DNA from: Leptonemataceae bacterium
GTDB taxonomy: Bacteria > Spirochaetota > Leptospiria > Leptospirales > Leptonemataceae
DNA: 64,000 nt
Reading direction: 5' to 3'
NCBI GenBank assembly: GCA_965227295.1
Contig: OZ245742.1
Location: 768,001 to 832,000 of the forward strand
Below, one piece after another: positions 49,046-58,297 of this stretch. The notes under the pieces are model-generated. The model saw only the letters and a program-made list of their open reading frames with translations. It made no database searches and was not told the origin of the DNA. Within the stretch, counting starts at the first letter, position 1. Each line of letters starts with the position of its first letter. The position numbers were made by a program, and so were the translations under genes.

Positions 49046-49462
49046 ATGCACAGGGGAATCTTCGGAAAGACCAGACGGGAGATAGCCGCCATCCTGAGAC
49101 AATGCGGGGTAAACCCGACTACGCAACGTGTAGAAATCGCACATTTTCTTCTGCGTCAGCCCCAGCACCTTTCGGCAGATGAGGTACTTCAAGGCCTGAA
49201 CACCGAGTACGAATGCGTCAGCCAGGCTACGGTTTACAATACGCTCCGTCTGTTCGTGGAACGAGGTGTCATCCGCGAGCTGGTCATCTCACCGGATCGC
49301 ATCTATTACGACTCGAACACCTCGCTGCATCACCACTTCCTGGACGTCGAGACTGGCAGCATTCACGACGTCGACGCCGGACAGATCGCCCTGCCGGAGA
49401 TTTCCCTCGATGCGGAGATCGACGAGGTATCGGTGCTGATCAAAGGCCGGTTCAAGAAATAA
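49046..49462 (+). CDS. Fur-family regulator (Irr/PerR-like)
   Basis: TTQR, HLSADE, SQATVYNTL, YDSNTSLHHHF. Confidence 0.92.
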   Translation: MHRGIFGKTRREIAAILRQCGVNPTTQRVEIAHFLLRQPQHLSADEVLQGLNTEYECVSQATVYNTLRLFVERGVIRELVISPDRIYYDSNTSLHHHFLDVETGSIHDVDAGQIALPEISLDAEIDEVSVLIKGRFKK

Positions 49463-49495
49463 GGGCCGGACGACGGAAGTACTGCACGACCTCAT

Positions 49496-49714
49496 ATGCT
49501 CCAGAACATAGGCATCGATGGCGGCGATCTTGCCCGCGTCTTTCGCGCCCTCGCGAATCCGGCGCGTTTAAAAATTCTACGCATCCTCGGCGAAATCGAA
49601 GGCACGAAGTCCTGCTACTGCCTGAACTACGGTACCCTGCGCCAGTTTCGCGGCTGGATGAATACGTATCTTGCCGATCTCCCGGACGGCGACGACGATC
49701 CGCACTGCTGTTGA
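49496..49714 (+). pseudogene. ArsR/SmtB regulator with an internal in-frame deletion of the HTH
   Basis: FRALANPARLKIL joined directly to GEIEGTKSCYCLN; C-terminal CC. Confidence 0.65.
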
Positions 49715-49734
49715 GCCGGGGCAGCTAACTTACA

Positions 49735-50367
49735 GTGAACGCATCCTTACGAGAGTATCTGAACGCCCGCGCCGCGGAGTTCGACAAGATTCCCGAGGAA
49801 CGCCGCTCGATTCTGGATCGCCTGGGCACATTCGCGCGCGAGCGTATTGCGGCCGGCGAAACGGCACAGTTGATCTTTATTTGCACGCACAACTCCCGGC
49901 GCAGTCACCTCGCCCAGGCCGCGGCGCTGTCCGCGGCGGAGTTCTCCGGATACAACCAGGTCGGCGCTACGCAAAACGTCGCGGCCTACTCCGGCGGCAC
50001 CGAAGCCACGGCGATGTTTCGTCGTTCCGTGGACGCACTGCGCGACGCGGGCTATCATATAACAGACGGTGACGGCGGCACCGATGAGAATCCGGTCTAC
50101 GTGATTGCCACGGGCGAGGACGACGCGGGCGTGCGTTTCTTTTCGAAGCGTTTTAATGACGCGGCGAACCCGCAAGGAGGCTTCGCCGCCATCATGACCT
50201 GTTCCCAGGCGGATGCCGAGTGCCCCTTCGTGCCCGGCGCCGCGGCGCGCATCAGTCTGCCGTACGAAGATCCCAAACTCTTCGACGGTACGCCGCGGGA
50301 GTTAGAGAAATACCAGGAACGCTGTCGGGATATTCATCGGGAGATTTTGTACGCGCTGCGAGTTTGA
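49735..50367 (+). CDS. LMW-PTP/arsenate reductase-like protein
   Basis: FICTHNSRRSH, YSGGTE, TCSQAD-x2-CPFVPGA, YEDPK. Confidence 0.88.
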   Translation: MNASLREYLNARAAEFDKIPEERRSILDRLGTFARERIAAGETAQLIFICTHNSRRSHLAQAAALSAAEFSGYNQVGATQNVAAYSGGTEATAMFRRSVDALRDAGYHITDGDGGTDENPVYVIATGEDDAGVRFFSKRFNDAANPQGGFAAIMTCSQADAECPFVPGAAARISLPYEDPKLFDGTPRELEKYQERCRDIHREILYALRV

Positions 50368-50416
50368 AGCATTAACTCCGAAGACCGGGGCCCCTCGGTC
50401 CCCGGAGTAATCATCT

Positions 50417-50971
50417 TCACCCCGGCAAATACATCGGCGCGGCTACTTTCTCGCGAACCTCTTTGCCGCAGAGTTGTTCCACTAACTCCAGCGCAAATTC
50501 GAACGCACTCCCCGGCCCGATGCTCGTAGTAATCTTTTCATGGCGCATGAGCCGGGCGTTCTGCACGTACTTGCCGCCCTGGCCGTCTTTCAACGTCGCC
50601 GGATGCAACACGAACGGAACGTCCCCGCTGACGATGCCGTGATTTCGCAGCACGTTCGGTGCCGCGCAAATGGCGCCGATGTAACGATCCTGGTCGCGCA
50701 TCTTTTGCAGGAGTTCCGTAACGACGGGATGCGCTTCCAGATTGCGCGCGCCCTCGGCGCCGCCGGGCAGGACGATCATGTCGAAGTCCTCGCCGGCAAC
50801 ATCGTCAATGAGCGCGTCCGCCACGTGTTTGGTTCCGCGGCTGGCAGTGATGGGTCCGGCATGCAGACCGGCGGCAATGACTTCGAGGTTCGCCCGGCGC
50901 AGGACGTCGATAATGATGATGCCCTCCATCTCTTCGAATCCGTCGGCGAGGGGGACGAGCACTCTCGGCAT
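50417..50971 (-). CDS. DJ-1/YajL family glyoxalase
   Basis: GFEEME, LPGG, AICAAP, GPGSAFEFAL. Confidence 0.93.
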   Translation of the reverse strand: MPRVLVPLADGFEEMEGIIIIDVLRRANLEVIAAGLHAGPITASRGTKHVADALIDDVAGEDFDMIVLPGGAEGARNLEAHPVVTELLQKMRDQDRYIGAICAAPNVLRNHGIVSGDVPFVLHPATLKDGQGGKYVQNARLMRHEKITTSIGPGSAFEFALELVEQLCGKEVREKVAAPMYLPG

Positions 50972-50998
50972 GTAAGTTCCTCCAATATAAAGTTAAGA

Positions 50999-52084
50999 TC
51001 AGGAGACGGGTTCTGCCACGTAGTCTTCCAGGTAGAAGATGCGCGTGTCTTCCCGTTTGCCGCGCAGTTTGTTCACGCGCAGGCGTTTTACCCTGGCATG
51101 CGCGCCCAGGGCGTCGCGGGTAGCACCGTCTATGAGTATATCGAGGTTCGCGCGCTTGGTCAACATTTCCAGGCGGCTGGCCACGTTCACCGGATCGCCC
51201 ACCACGGAGTACTCGATGTGCCGGACCGAGCCGATGTTGCCCGCGAAGACCCGACCCGTGGCGATGCCCATGGCCGCTCGCAACGGTTCCGTAAGGTACT
51301 CGGGGCGGACGTCGTTGTACGTGCTGAGGTACTCGCGGATCTGCAACGCGCAGCGAACGCAATTCGCAGCGTCCTCCGGCGAAGAGACCGGGCAACCGAA
51401 TGTCGCAAAAACACCGTCGCCGGTCATCTTGTTGACCGAGCCGTGATTGCCGTATACCAGGTCCATAATGTCCGTAAAAATCTCCGAAAGAAATGAGGAG
51501 AACTCTCGCGGCCCGAGGCTTTCGCCGATCCCGGTACTGTTTCGCAGATCGAAAAACATCAATGAAGCCGTGACGTTGGCGCCGGCCATATCCGCGTCGT
51601 CGTCGTTCAGAATTTTTTCGATGAGTTCGTCCGAGAAGTAACGGGCGAGCCGGTTGCGTTCGCGGGCCAGTTTATCGTTCTCCGCCTTCATGTACTGGCG
51701 GTAGTGCTTGAGCTCGATGAGGTTGCGCAGGCGAATGGCCATCTCCGCCAGATTGAAGGGTTTTTGAATGTACTCGTCCGCGCCGTGCCAGAGCGATTTG
51801 ATCTTCACCTTTTCGCTCTCATCGTCCGAGATGATCATGATCGCTGTTTCTTCGGGACGGCGGGCCTCCTTTACGCGATCGATGAGCTGAAGATTGTCCG
51901 GCCCGGGGTTCTCCATGCCCAGGAGCACGACGTCCGGACGCACATCGCGAACGAGCTCTTCGATCTGCTTCGCACTCGAACTGGTTTCAATGACGTAGCC
52001 GAGTTCGCGGACAGCCTGTTCCAGCAGCGCCAGGGTTTTCGTATCTTCATCCACGGCCAGCAGGCGATGGTTCTCGGTGCCCAT
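50999..52084 (-). CDS. Receiver domain plus class III adenylate/guanylate cyclase
   Basis: REC (VDED, PDVVLLG, GADEYIQKPF); cyclase FFDLRNST, KMTGDG, GDPVNVASRLE. Confidence 0.92.
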   Translation of the reverse strand: MGTENHRLLAVDEDTKTLALLEQAVRELGYVIETSSSAKQIEELVRDVRPDVVLLGMENPGPDNLQLIDRVKEARRPEETAIMIISDDESEKVKIKSLWHGADEYIQKPFNLAEMAIRLRNLIELKHYRQYMKAENDKLARERNRLARYFSDELIEKILNDDDADMAGANVTASLMFFDLRNSTGIGESLGPREFSSFLSEIFTDIMDLVYGNHGSVNKMTGDGVFATFGCPVSSPEDAANCVRCALQIREYLSTYNDVRPEYLTEPLRAAMGIATGRVFAGNIGSVRHIEYSVVGDPVNVASRLEMLTKRANLDILIDGATRDALGAHARVKRLRVNKLRGKREDTRIFYLEDYVAEPVS

Positions 52085-52149
52085 AGGCGACCAGAGTTGC
52101 AGCTCCAGGCGATGATTGTCTACAAAGAAAGAATGCGCCGATGCTAAGG

Positions 52150-54885
52150 CTACAGCGGCAGTTGAATCGAAAACTCGGTAAACCGTCCCGGGGCGAAGCT
52201 TGTGCGAATCTTACCGCCCAGGTCCTGAATCCCTTTTTTAATGATGTCCATGCCGACACCCCGGCCGGCGAGCTTATCCGATTCATCGGCCGTAGAAAGG
52301 CCTGGCATGTAGATGAGCCGGGCAATCTGCGCCTCGGACCAGGCGTTGATTTCGTCGGCGCTCCACCGGCCGGACTCCAGGGCCAGGCGCCGCAGCTTAT
52401 CGATGGCCAGGCCGCGACCGTCGTCCCGGATCGTAAGATTCAAGCGCCGCTGATCGTTGTCTTCGAGGATCTGCGCCGCGAGCTGAATGGTACCGCAGGC
52501 CGCCTTGGCCGCACCCACGCGCTCGTCCGGTGTTTCGATGCCGTGCGACAGGGAGTTGCGCACTAACTGCACCAGAATGTCCTTTAGCGGCTTACGGAAT
52601 TTCTGCGGAATCATTTCGGCTTCGAAAGCGGCGTGATCCAGGACGCACTCTTTGCCCAGCTCCGTGCTGAGTTTTTCCACGACTCCGGCGAGGCTCTTCA
52701 GGAAGGCTTCGCGGAAACCGCCGACATCCCGCCCGTCGCCCGCGGTGGCGCTGCTGTAATCGGTGAGGCGGCGACTCAGTCCGCCCAGTTCGTCCAGGAG
52801 TTCCTGCATGCGACTCATCATAAAAACCAGCGGCAAAAAATCCGTGCGGCCCAGTTCCGGATTGGCCTTCATTTCCGAGAGACGCTCCTCGAACTCGTGG
52901 GCCTGGTCCGCCACGAAATTCAGTTCCAGGAGTGACGCGTTGCCTTTGATCGTATGCATGGCCCGGTAGATCGCGTCGAGCTTATCGGGAAGGGATAGCG
53001 ACGGGTCGTCGGTACGCAGAATGGTGTTGATGTTTTTAACTTCGGCATTGGAGTCTTCGATGAACTCCGCCAGCGTGGCGGGCTCCACGTGCAGCACGCT
53101 GAAGAGGCGCTCCATTTGTTGTTTGTTCTTTTCTTCGTTGGCCCGCAACTGCCGGGTGAGCATCACCTGTTCGGTTACGTCTTTGACGGCGCCCATCAAG
53201 TGCGTGATCGCCTTGCCGTCGTAGATGCGGCTGAACTTGCACTGTAAGATTTTCGTCGTCGCGCCGCGCACGGTATCGTCGAAGTGAATCTCGAACTCCT
53301 GCATGGGATTCAGGTCGCGCACCCACACGACGTCCATGTCCGGCTTGAGCATAAGTTCCAGGTAATCCTGAATAGCCTGCTGTTCTTCCGGAGTCACCAG
53401 GCGACCGATCATGGTGCCGAAATTTTCCTGGGCCAGGCTCTCGCGCTGGAAGATGCGTTCCAGGGCCTTACTGTACTGCGCCCCGATGATCATATCCGGC
53501 CCCATGAGAAACAGGCCCTCGTCCACGTTTTCAAAGATGGCGTCGCGTTCCTTGAGCGTGGCCTCGAGACTCGACATGACCGTGTTGTAGCGATACGCGA
53601 TCTGGCCGACCTCGGTGAACGGCTCCACGGGAACACGAATGCTCAGATCCCCGCTCCGCGCCTGAGCGTCCATGGCCTGAAACAAATCGATGAGTTCGGT
53701 AGTGGCCCCGTGCTCGGCGACGTTCAGGCCGATCTTCTCGTCCTCGGCACTAACTCTCAGCGGGATTATCTTATCGATCGTCCACAACATGAGGAACCCG
53801 ATGCCGAAGGCCCACACCGCACACGTACCCACACCGAGGGCCTGCGCGCCGAGCTGCTCCCACATGCCAAGGCCGGTACCGAGAATTTCCGGATCGCCGA
53901 AGAGCGCGACCGCGAGCGTCCCCCAGATACCGGCAGCGGCGTGCACCGGGAAGGCGCCCACCGCGTCGTCGATGTGCAGGCGCTCCAGTAACTCTTCAAC
54001 GGCGAACATTACCAGACCGCCGATGCTGCCGATGAGCACGGCGTACGGAGCGGTGACCGCATGACAACTGGCCGTGATGGCGACGAGCCCGGCCAGGCTG
54101 CCGTTAATAATGAACGTAACCTCGGCAACACGTTTGATGGACCAGCCGACGAGCAATGCGGCGACGCCGCCGGCGGCCCCGGCGAGCACGGTGTTGGTAA
54201 TGATGCGCGCAACGCTCGCGTCCATGGCCAGGGTCGAGCCGCCGTTGAAACCGAACCAACCGAACCACAGAAGCAACGAGCCGAGAATCGCGTTGGGAAT
54301 GTTGGAACCGGCAATGTCCCGGGTGGTACCGTCGTCGCCGAAACGTCCGCCCCGGGGTCCGAGTTGAATGACCGCGGCGAGTCCGACCCAGCCGCCGACA
54401 CTATGCACGACGGTGGAACCGGCGAAGTCCACAAAGCCTTCGCCGCCGAGCCAGCCGCCGTCACCCCAGACCCAGTGACCGAAGAGCGGATAGATCAGAC
54501 CGGAGACGACCAGGGTGGCGATGAGATAACTGGAGAAGCGCATGCGTTCTGCCGCGGCGCCGGAGACGATGGTGGCGGCCGTGGCACAGAACATGGCCTG
54601 GAACAAAAAGAACGAGGTATGCCACATCTCGCCGGCGGTATCGAGGAGAAAGGAGTCCGTTCCAACCCAGCCCTTGTAGGTGGCACCGAACATGAGAGCG
54701 AAACCGAAAGCCCAGAAGAGCAGAATCGAGAAGCCGAGGTCGCTCATGTTCTTCATGGCGACGTTGATGCTGTTTTTCGAACGCGTGAAACCGGATTCGA
54801 GCATGGCGAAGCCCGGTTGCATGAGGAATACGAGTCCGGATGCGAGCAGCACCCAGAGAATGTCAGTCAGGCTTTTCTCCGGCAT
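52150..54885 (-). CDS. Ammonium transporter fused to a PAS-like region, HPt and CheA-like HATPase
   Basis: Amt: FQAMF, DFAGSTVVH, WFGFNGGS, DDAVGAFPVH. Kinase: HTIKG, RNSLSHGIE, DDGRG, GRGVGMD. Confidence 0.93.
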   Translation of the reverse strand: MPEKSLTDILWVLLASGLVFLMQPGFAMLESGFTRSKNSINVAMKNMSDLGFSILLFWAFGFALMFGATYKGWVGTDSFLLDTAGEMWHTSFFLFQAMFCATAATIVSGAAAERMRFSSYLIATLVVSGLIYPLFGHWVWGDGGWLGGEGFVDFAGSTVVHSVGGWVGLAAVIQLGPRGGRFGDDGTTRDIAGSNIPNAILGSLLLWFGWFGFNGGSTLAMDASVARIITNTVLAGAAGGVAALLVGWSIKRVAEVTFIINGSLAGLVAITASCHAVTAPYAVLIGSIGGLVMFAVEELLERLHIDDAVGAFPVHAAAGIWGTLAVALFGDPEILGTGLGMWEQLGAQALGVGTCAVWAFGIGFLMLWTIDKIIPLRVSAEDEKIGLNVAEHGATTELIDLFQAMDAQARSGDLSIRVPVEPFTEVGQIAYRYNTVMSSLEATLKERDAIFENVDEGLFLMGPDMIIGAQYSKALERIFQRESLAQENFGTMIGRLVTPEEQQAIQDYLELMLKPDMDVVWVRDLNPMQEFEIHFDDTVRGATTKILQCKFSRIYDGKAITHLMGAVKDVTEQVMLTRQLRANEEKNKQQMERLFSVLHVEPATLAEFIEDSNAEVKNINTILRTDDPSLSLPDKLDAIYRAMHTIKGNASLLELNFVADQAHEFEERLSEMKANPELGRTDFLPLVFMMSRMQELLDELGGLSRRLTDYSSATAGDGRDVGGFREAFLKSLAGVVEKLSTELGKECVLDHAAFEAEMIPQKFRKPLKDILVQLVRNSLSHGIETPDERVGAAKAACGTIQLAAQILEDNDQRRLNLTIRDDGRGLAIDKLRRLALESGRWSADEINAWSEAQIARLIYMPGLSTADESDKLAGRGVGMDIIKKGIQDLGGKIRTSFAPGRFTEFSIQLPL

Positions 54886-54936
54886 GGGATGGTCCTGTGG
54901 TTGTAGAGTGGCGGCTTAAGAGATAGCGAATGGAAC

Positions 54937-55380
54937 TTACTCGATGCCGGCGACGATGAACGACTTGTGCCCCTTCCAGATGACGGGAATGACGTAGGTC
55001 GGAATACGGACCGGCAGATTGATGCTGGGTTTGCCCACGATGACGATGGGCACCGAGATCATGAAGTTGCTGCCGAAAGACTTGCGCGCGTTGCCGGAGA
55101 TGGTGTTGGCGATTTCACCGACCATGTCCTTCATGGCGTCTTCGGTGGCGTTGCCTTCGCCCAGTACCACTTCCACGATAGCCGTGAGCATGTCCCTGCC
55201 CGTGGTGAAGTAGACGCACCCCTTGCGTTCGCCGGAAATCCCGATGGCCCCGGTATAATCGAGGATGACTTCTTCTTCGCCCTTGAGATACGGGAGGCCG
55301 ATCTCCGGCTCAGAGCCGCCGACCTCACTGAAGTAGTTCAAGGTACCGTTAACAAAAACCTGTACGTCCTGTTCCTGCAT
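54937..55380 (-). CDS. cheX: CheX phosphatase
   Basis: IGISG, DMVGEIANTISGN, ISVP. Confidence 0.93.
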   Translation of the reverse strand: MQEQDVQVFVNGTLNYFSEVGGSEPEIGLPYLKGEEEVILDYTGAIGISGERKGCVYFTTGRDMLTAIVEVVLGEGNATEDAMKDMVGEIANTISGNARKSFGSNFMISVPIVIVGKPSINLPVRIPTYVIPVIWKGHKSFIVAGIE

Positions 55381-55381
55381 C

Positions 55382-55744
55382 TCAGGCGCCCTCCATCAGC
55401 CGGTCGAAAGCTTCTTTGAGTTTGTCTTCGGTGAAGGGTTTGCCGACGAAACCCTTTGCGCCGAGCTTCAATGCTTTGAGGGCCGTGGCCTGATCGCTCA
55501 GGGCGCTGATCACCAGGATGCGCGCGGAACCGTCGATCTTCAGCATCTCTTCGAGAGCGCTGAGACCGTCCATCTCGGGCATGGTGATATCCATGGTCAC
55601 GAGTTCGGGCTTTTTCTCCTGAAACATTTCGATGGCCGTCCGCCCGTCGCCGGCTTCGCCGACCACTTCCAGCTTGTACTGTTCGAGATATTTCTGGATC
55701 GCTTTGCGGATGATGCTGCTATCATCCACGATGAGTATCTTCAT
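55382..55744 (-). CDS. cheY: CheY-like response regulator
   Basis: VDDS, MDITMPEMDG, SA, KPF. Confidence 0.9.
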   Translation of the reverse strand: MKILIVDDSSIIRKAIQKYLEQYKLEVVGEAGDGRTAIEMFQEKKPELVTMDITMPEMDGLSALEEMLKIDGSARILVISALSDQATALKALKLGAKGFVGKPFTEDKLKEAFDRLMEGA

Positions 55745-56066
55745 GAGCCACCTGCGCCGTCGGGTTCCATTGCAAATGTTATACCAGGGTTAAATCGGCC
55801 TATTCTGATGATATCAAGCCGAAAAAACAGGCAGGTTGTTAAAAAAACGTGAGGGGTGCTGTTTCCACGCTCAGGTTCTGGGCGGAGAATTCGCGATAGC
55901 TGAGTCGCAAACCGACGTCCGGGTCGAGGCGGACAATGTTAACAAAACGACTTACCACAACTCCCGCGAGCCGTAGCATAAAAATCCCCGCCAGGGTTTC
56001 GCAACTTACTTCATGTTTCCCACGGCAAACGCCGCGAAGTTCGATGCTACGAAACCCCGGGCTCGT

Positions 56067-57080
56067 TTATAACAACTCCGCAATCTGCACGGCATTCAAC
56101 GCGGCGCCCTTGAGAATCTGATCCCCGCAACAGAACAGATCGATCTCGCGGCCGTCTTTAGAGTTCGCGGCCTTGCGCAGCCGGCCCACGAACACCTCGT
56201 CCACGCCGGAGGATTCCAGAGGCATGGGAAAGTAGTTCTTCTCACGATCGTCGATGATCTTCACCCCGGGCATCTTCGCGAGGGCGTCTTGAATGGCACC
56301 GAGGTCCGCCGGGTTTTCCAGTTCCAGGTGCACGGACTCAGCGTGCGCGCGAAACGTGCCGATGCGAATGCACGTCGGAGAAACGCCGATGTCCTCGGTG
56401 TGGAGGATCTTGTGCGTCTCTTTGATCATCTTCGTCTCTTCCTGGTTGTAGCCGGTATCCGGGTCCATCGGTGAATTGTGCGAGAATGCGTTAAACGCGA
56501 TGGGAAACGGAAACGCCTCGGGTTTGATCTCCTTGCCGTCGAGGTAGTCCCGCGCCTGGTCTTCGAGTTCCTGCATGGCCGCGGCGCCGGCGCCGGAGGC
56601 CGCCTGGTACGTCGAGACGACGATGTTCTTCACGGGATTGATGCGATGGATCGGAAACACCGCCATGAGCATGATGATGGTCGAACAGTTGGGATTCGCG
56701 ATGATTCCCTTATGCAACTTCACGTCCTCGGGGTTGATTTCCGGAACGACGAGCGGCGTGTTCGGGTCCATGCGAAACGCCGACGAGTTATCGACGACGA
56801 CGGTACCGGCTTCGACGGCGAGCGGGCCGAACTTCTTGCTTATGGAACCGCCGGCGCTGAAGAGCGCAATGTCGATGCCGGCATCTTTGAAAGACGTCTC
56901 CGTGAGTTCCTGCACGGTGTACTCGGTGCCGCGAAACGTCTGCTTCTTCCCGGCGGAGCGCGCGCTGGAGAGCAACGTCAGTTTGCCCAGGGGAAAGTTG
57001 CGTTTTTCGAGGACCTGCAGGAGCTCCACGCCGACAGCGCCGGTGGAGCCCACGATGGCTACGTGCGGAGAATCTTTCAT
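56067..57080 (-). CDS. asd: Aspartate-semialdehyde dehydrogenase
   Basis: GSTGAVG, DNSSAFRM, ANPNCSTI, KGAALNAVQIAE. Confidence 0.97.
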   Translation of the reverse strand: MKDSPHVAIVGSTGAVGVELLQVLEKRNFPLGKLTLLSSARSAGKKQTFRGTEYTVQELTETSFKDAGIDIALFSAGGSISKKFGPLAVEAGTVVVDNSSAFRMDPNTPLVVPEINPEDVKLHKGIIANPNCSTIIMLMAVFPIHRINPVKNIVVSTYQAASGAGAAAMQELEDQARDYLDGKEIKPEAFPFPIAFNAFSHNSPMDPDTGYNQEETKMIKETHKILHTEDIGVSPTCIRIGTFRAHAESVHLELENPADLGAIQDALAKMPGVKIIDDREKNYFPMPLESSGVDEVFVGRLRKAANSKDGREIDLFCCGDQILKGAALNAVQIAELL

Positions 57081-57130
57081 AGTATAACCACAGATTCGCG
57101 GGGCTTCCTGTACGTAAACGCAATCGAAGG

Positions 57131-58195
57131 CTAGCGGCGAGCAGCAATCTGCTTCCGAAACGCCCCCGGGGAAACCCCGGTCTTGCGCCGAAAGGCTTCG
57201 TAAAACACGGAGTTGGTGTTGAATCCCGCTTCAAAACCCACGGCAGTCACCGAAAGCTCCGGCCGCTCCGCGAGCAACTGCCGCGCATACTCCACGCGGT
57301 ACTCATTCACGAAACCGTAGAAGTTCGTATCGAAGCGCGTGTTGATCAGCTCCGACAACTGATGCGCACTCAGGTCCAGGCGTTCCGCGAGGCCGCTCAA
57401 ACTCAGCGAATCATCCTGAAACAGACGCTCGGCTTCCATTATAGAACGGAGTCGTTCCGCGAGGTCGTTCACAGGGAGACCGCGAAGCCGGGACTGTGCG
57501 TAGCGCGCACGTTCGGCCTCTTCCCGCAGAATTTCGAGAAAGGCCGGATGGCGATTGCCGGTCCAGTAGAGCAGAATCAACATTACGGTCACAAAGGCGT
57601 TCAGGATGTCGTGGGGCGCGAAGATTTCGGCCAGGCCGAGGAGGCCGACGGGGATGGCCAGCAGCAGGGCGGCGCGGCGGATTTCCGGGGGCAGGCTCGC
57701 GGATGAATGCCACAGCCCGGCAAACTGATACAACACGGCCAGGGTATACACGACCATCAGGATCGCGGAGGCGTAACCGACGAGGATGACCTGCGGCGGC
57801 ATAAGGAAGTCCGGATCGTTCCACTGCGAGCGACGGAGGACCGCGTAGACGATGAAACTCGCGCCCGCCAGCAGACCGGGAACGAACAACCAGAACGAGC
57901 GGCGGCGTCCTTCCTCGGAATCACCGGCCAGGCCCTGGGTGAAATAGAGATAGAGGAGCGGCCCGGTCCAGAGATACGCCGTGATGGCTCCCAGGTGCAG
58001 GAGATGGGCCGCGGGTCTCTGTCCGTGTTGGACCAGTACCGGATAGAGGCCGCTCGCGCACTGCCAGCCCGCCACCGAAGCCAGCAGGGCCGGCAGGTAT
58101 CGGCTGCCCCGGCCGCCGCGGACGAGCTGCCCGCCGGCCAGGACGGCCGCCAGAAAGCCACCGAACAGAATCCACGCGCTGAACCAGTGAATCAT
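57131..58195 (-). CDS. Membrane-anchored AraC-family regulator
   Basis: Multi-TM N-terminus; HQLSELIN...VNEYRV...GFNTNSVFY; start MIHWF at 58195 chosen. Confidence 0.88.
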   Translation of the reverse strand: MIHWFSAWILFGGFLAAVLAGGQLVRGGRGSRYLPALLASVAGWQCASGLYPVLVQHGQRPAAHLLHLGAITAYLWTGPLLYLYFTQGLAGDSEEGRRRSFWLFVPGLLAGASFIVYAVLRRSQWNDPDFLMPPQVILVGYASAILMVVYTLAVLYQFAGLWHSSASLPPEIRRAALLLAIPVGLLGLAEIFAPHDILNAFVTVMLILLYWTGNRHPAFLEILREEAERARYAQSRLRGLPVNDLAERLRSIMEAERLFQDDSLSLSGLAERLDLSAHQLSELINTRFDTNFYGFVNEYRVEYARQLLAERPELSVTAVGFEAGFNTNSVFYEAFRRKTGVSPGAFRKQIAARR

Positions 58196-58231
58196 AATGA
58201 AAAAGTTCTCCGGATGTATCCAGACGGATGC

Positions 58232-58260
58232 AATGAGACTGAGAATGAGATTAAATCCCA
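58232..58260. promoter_or_regulatory. Fur-box-like hexamer array
   Basis: AATGAG-ACTGAG-AATGAG-ATTAAA between the divergent AraC and PepSY/TonB genes. Confidence 0.45.
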
Positions 58261-58297
58261 AAAAGAATTCGGGGCCGGCCCCGGCCAGTCAAAATTC

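Noticed and set aside
57707-58297. 579-aa version of the PepSY ORF
   Set aside because: The extension is antisense to the AraC gene; the family N-terminus begins at 58298
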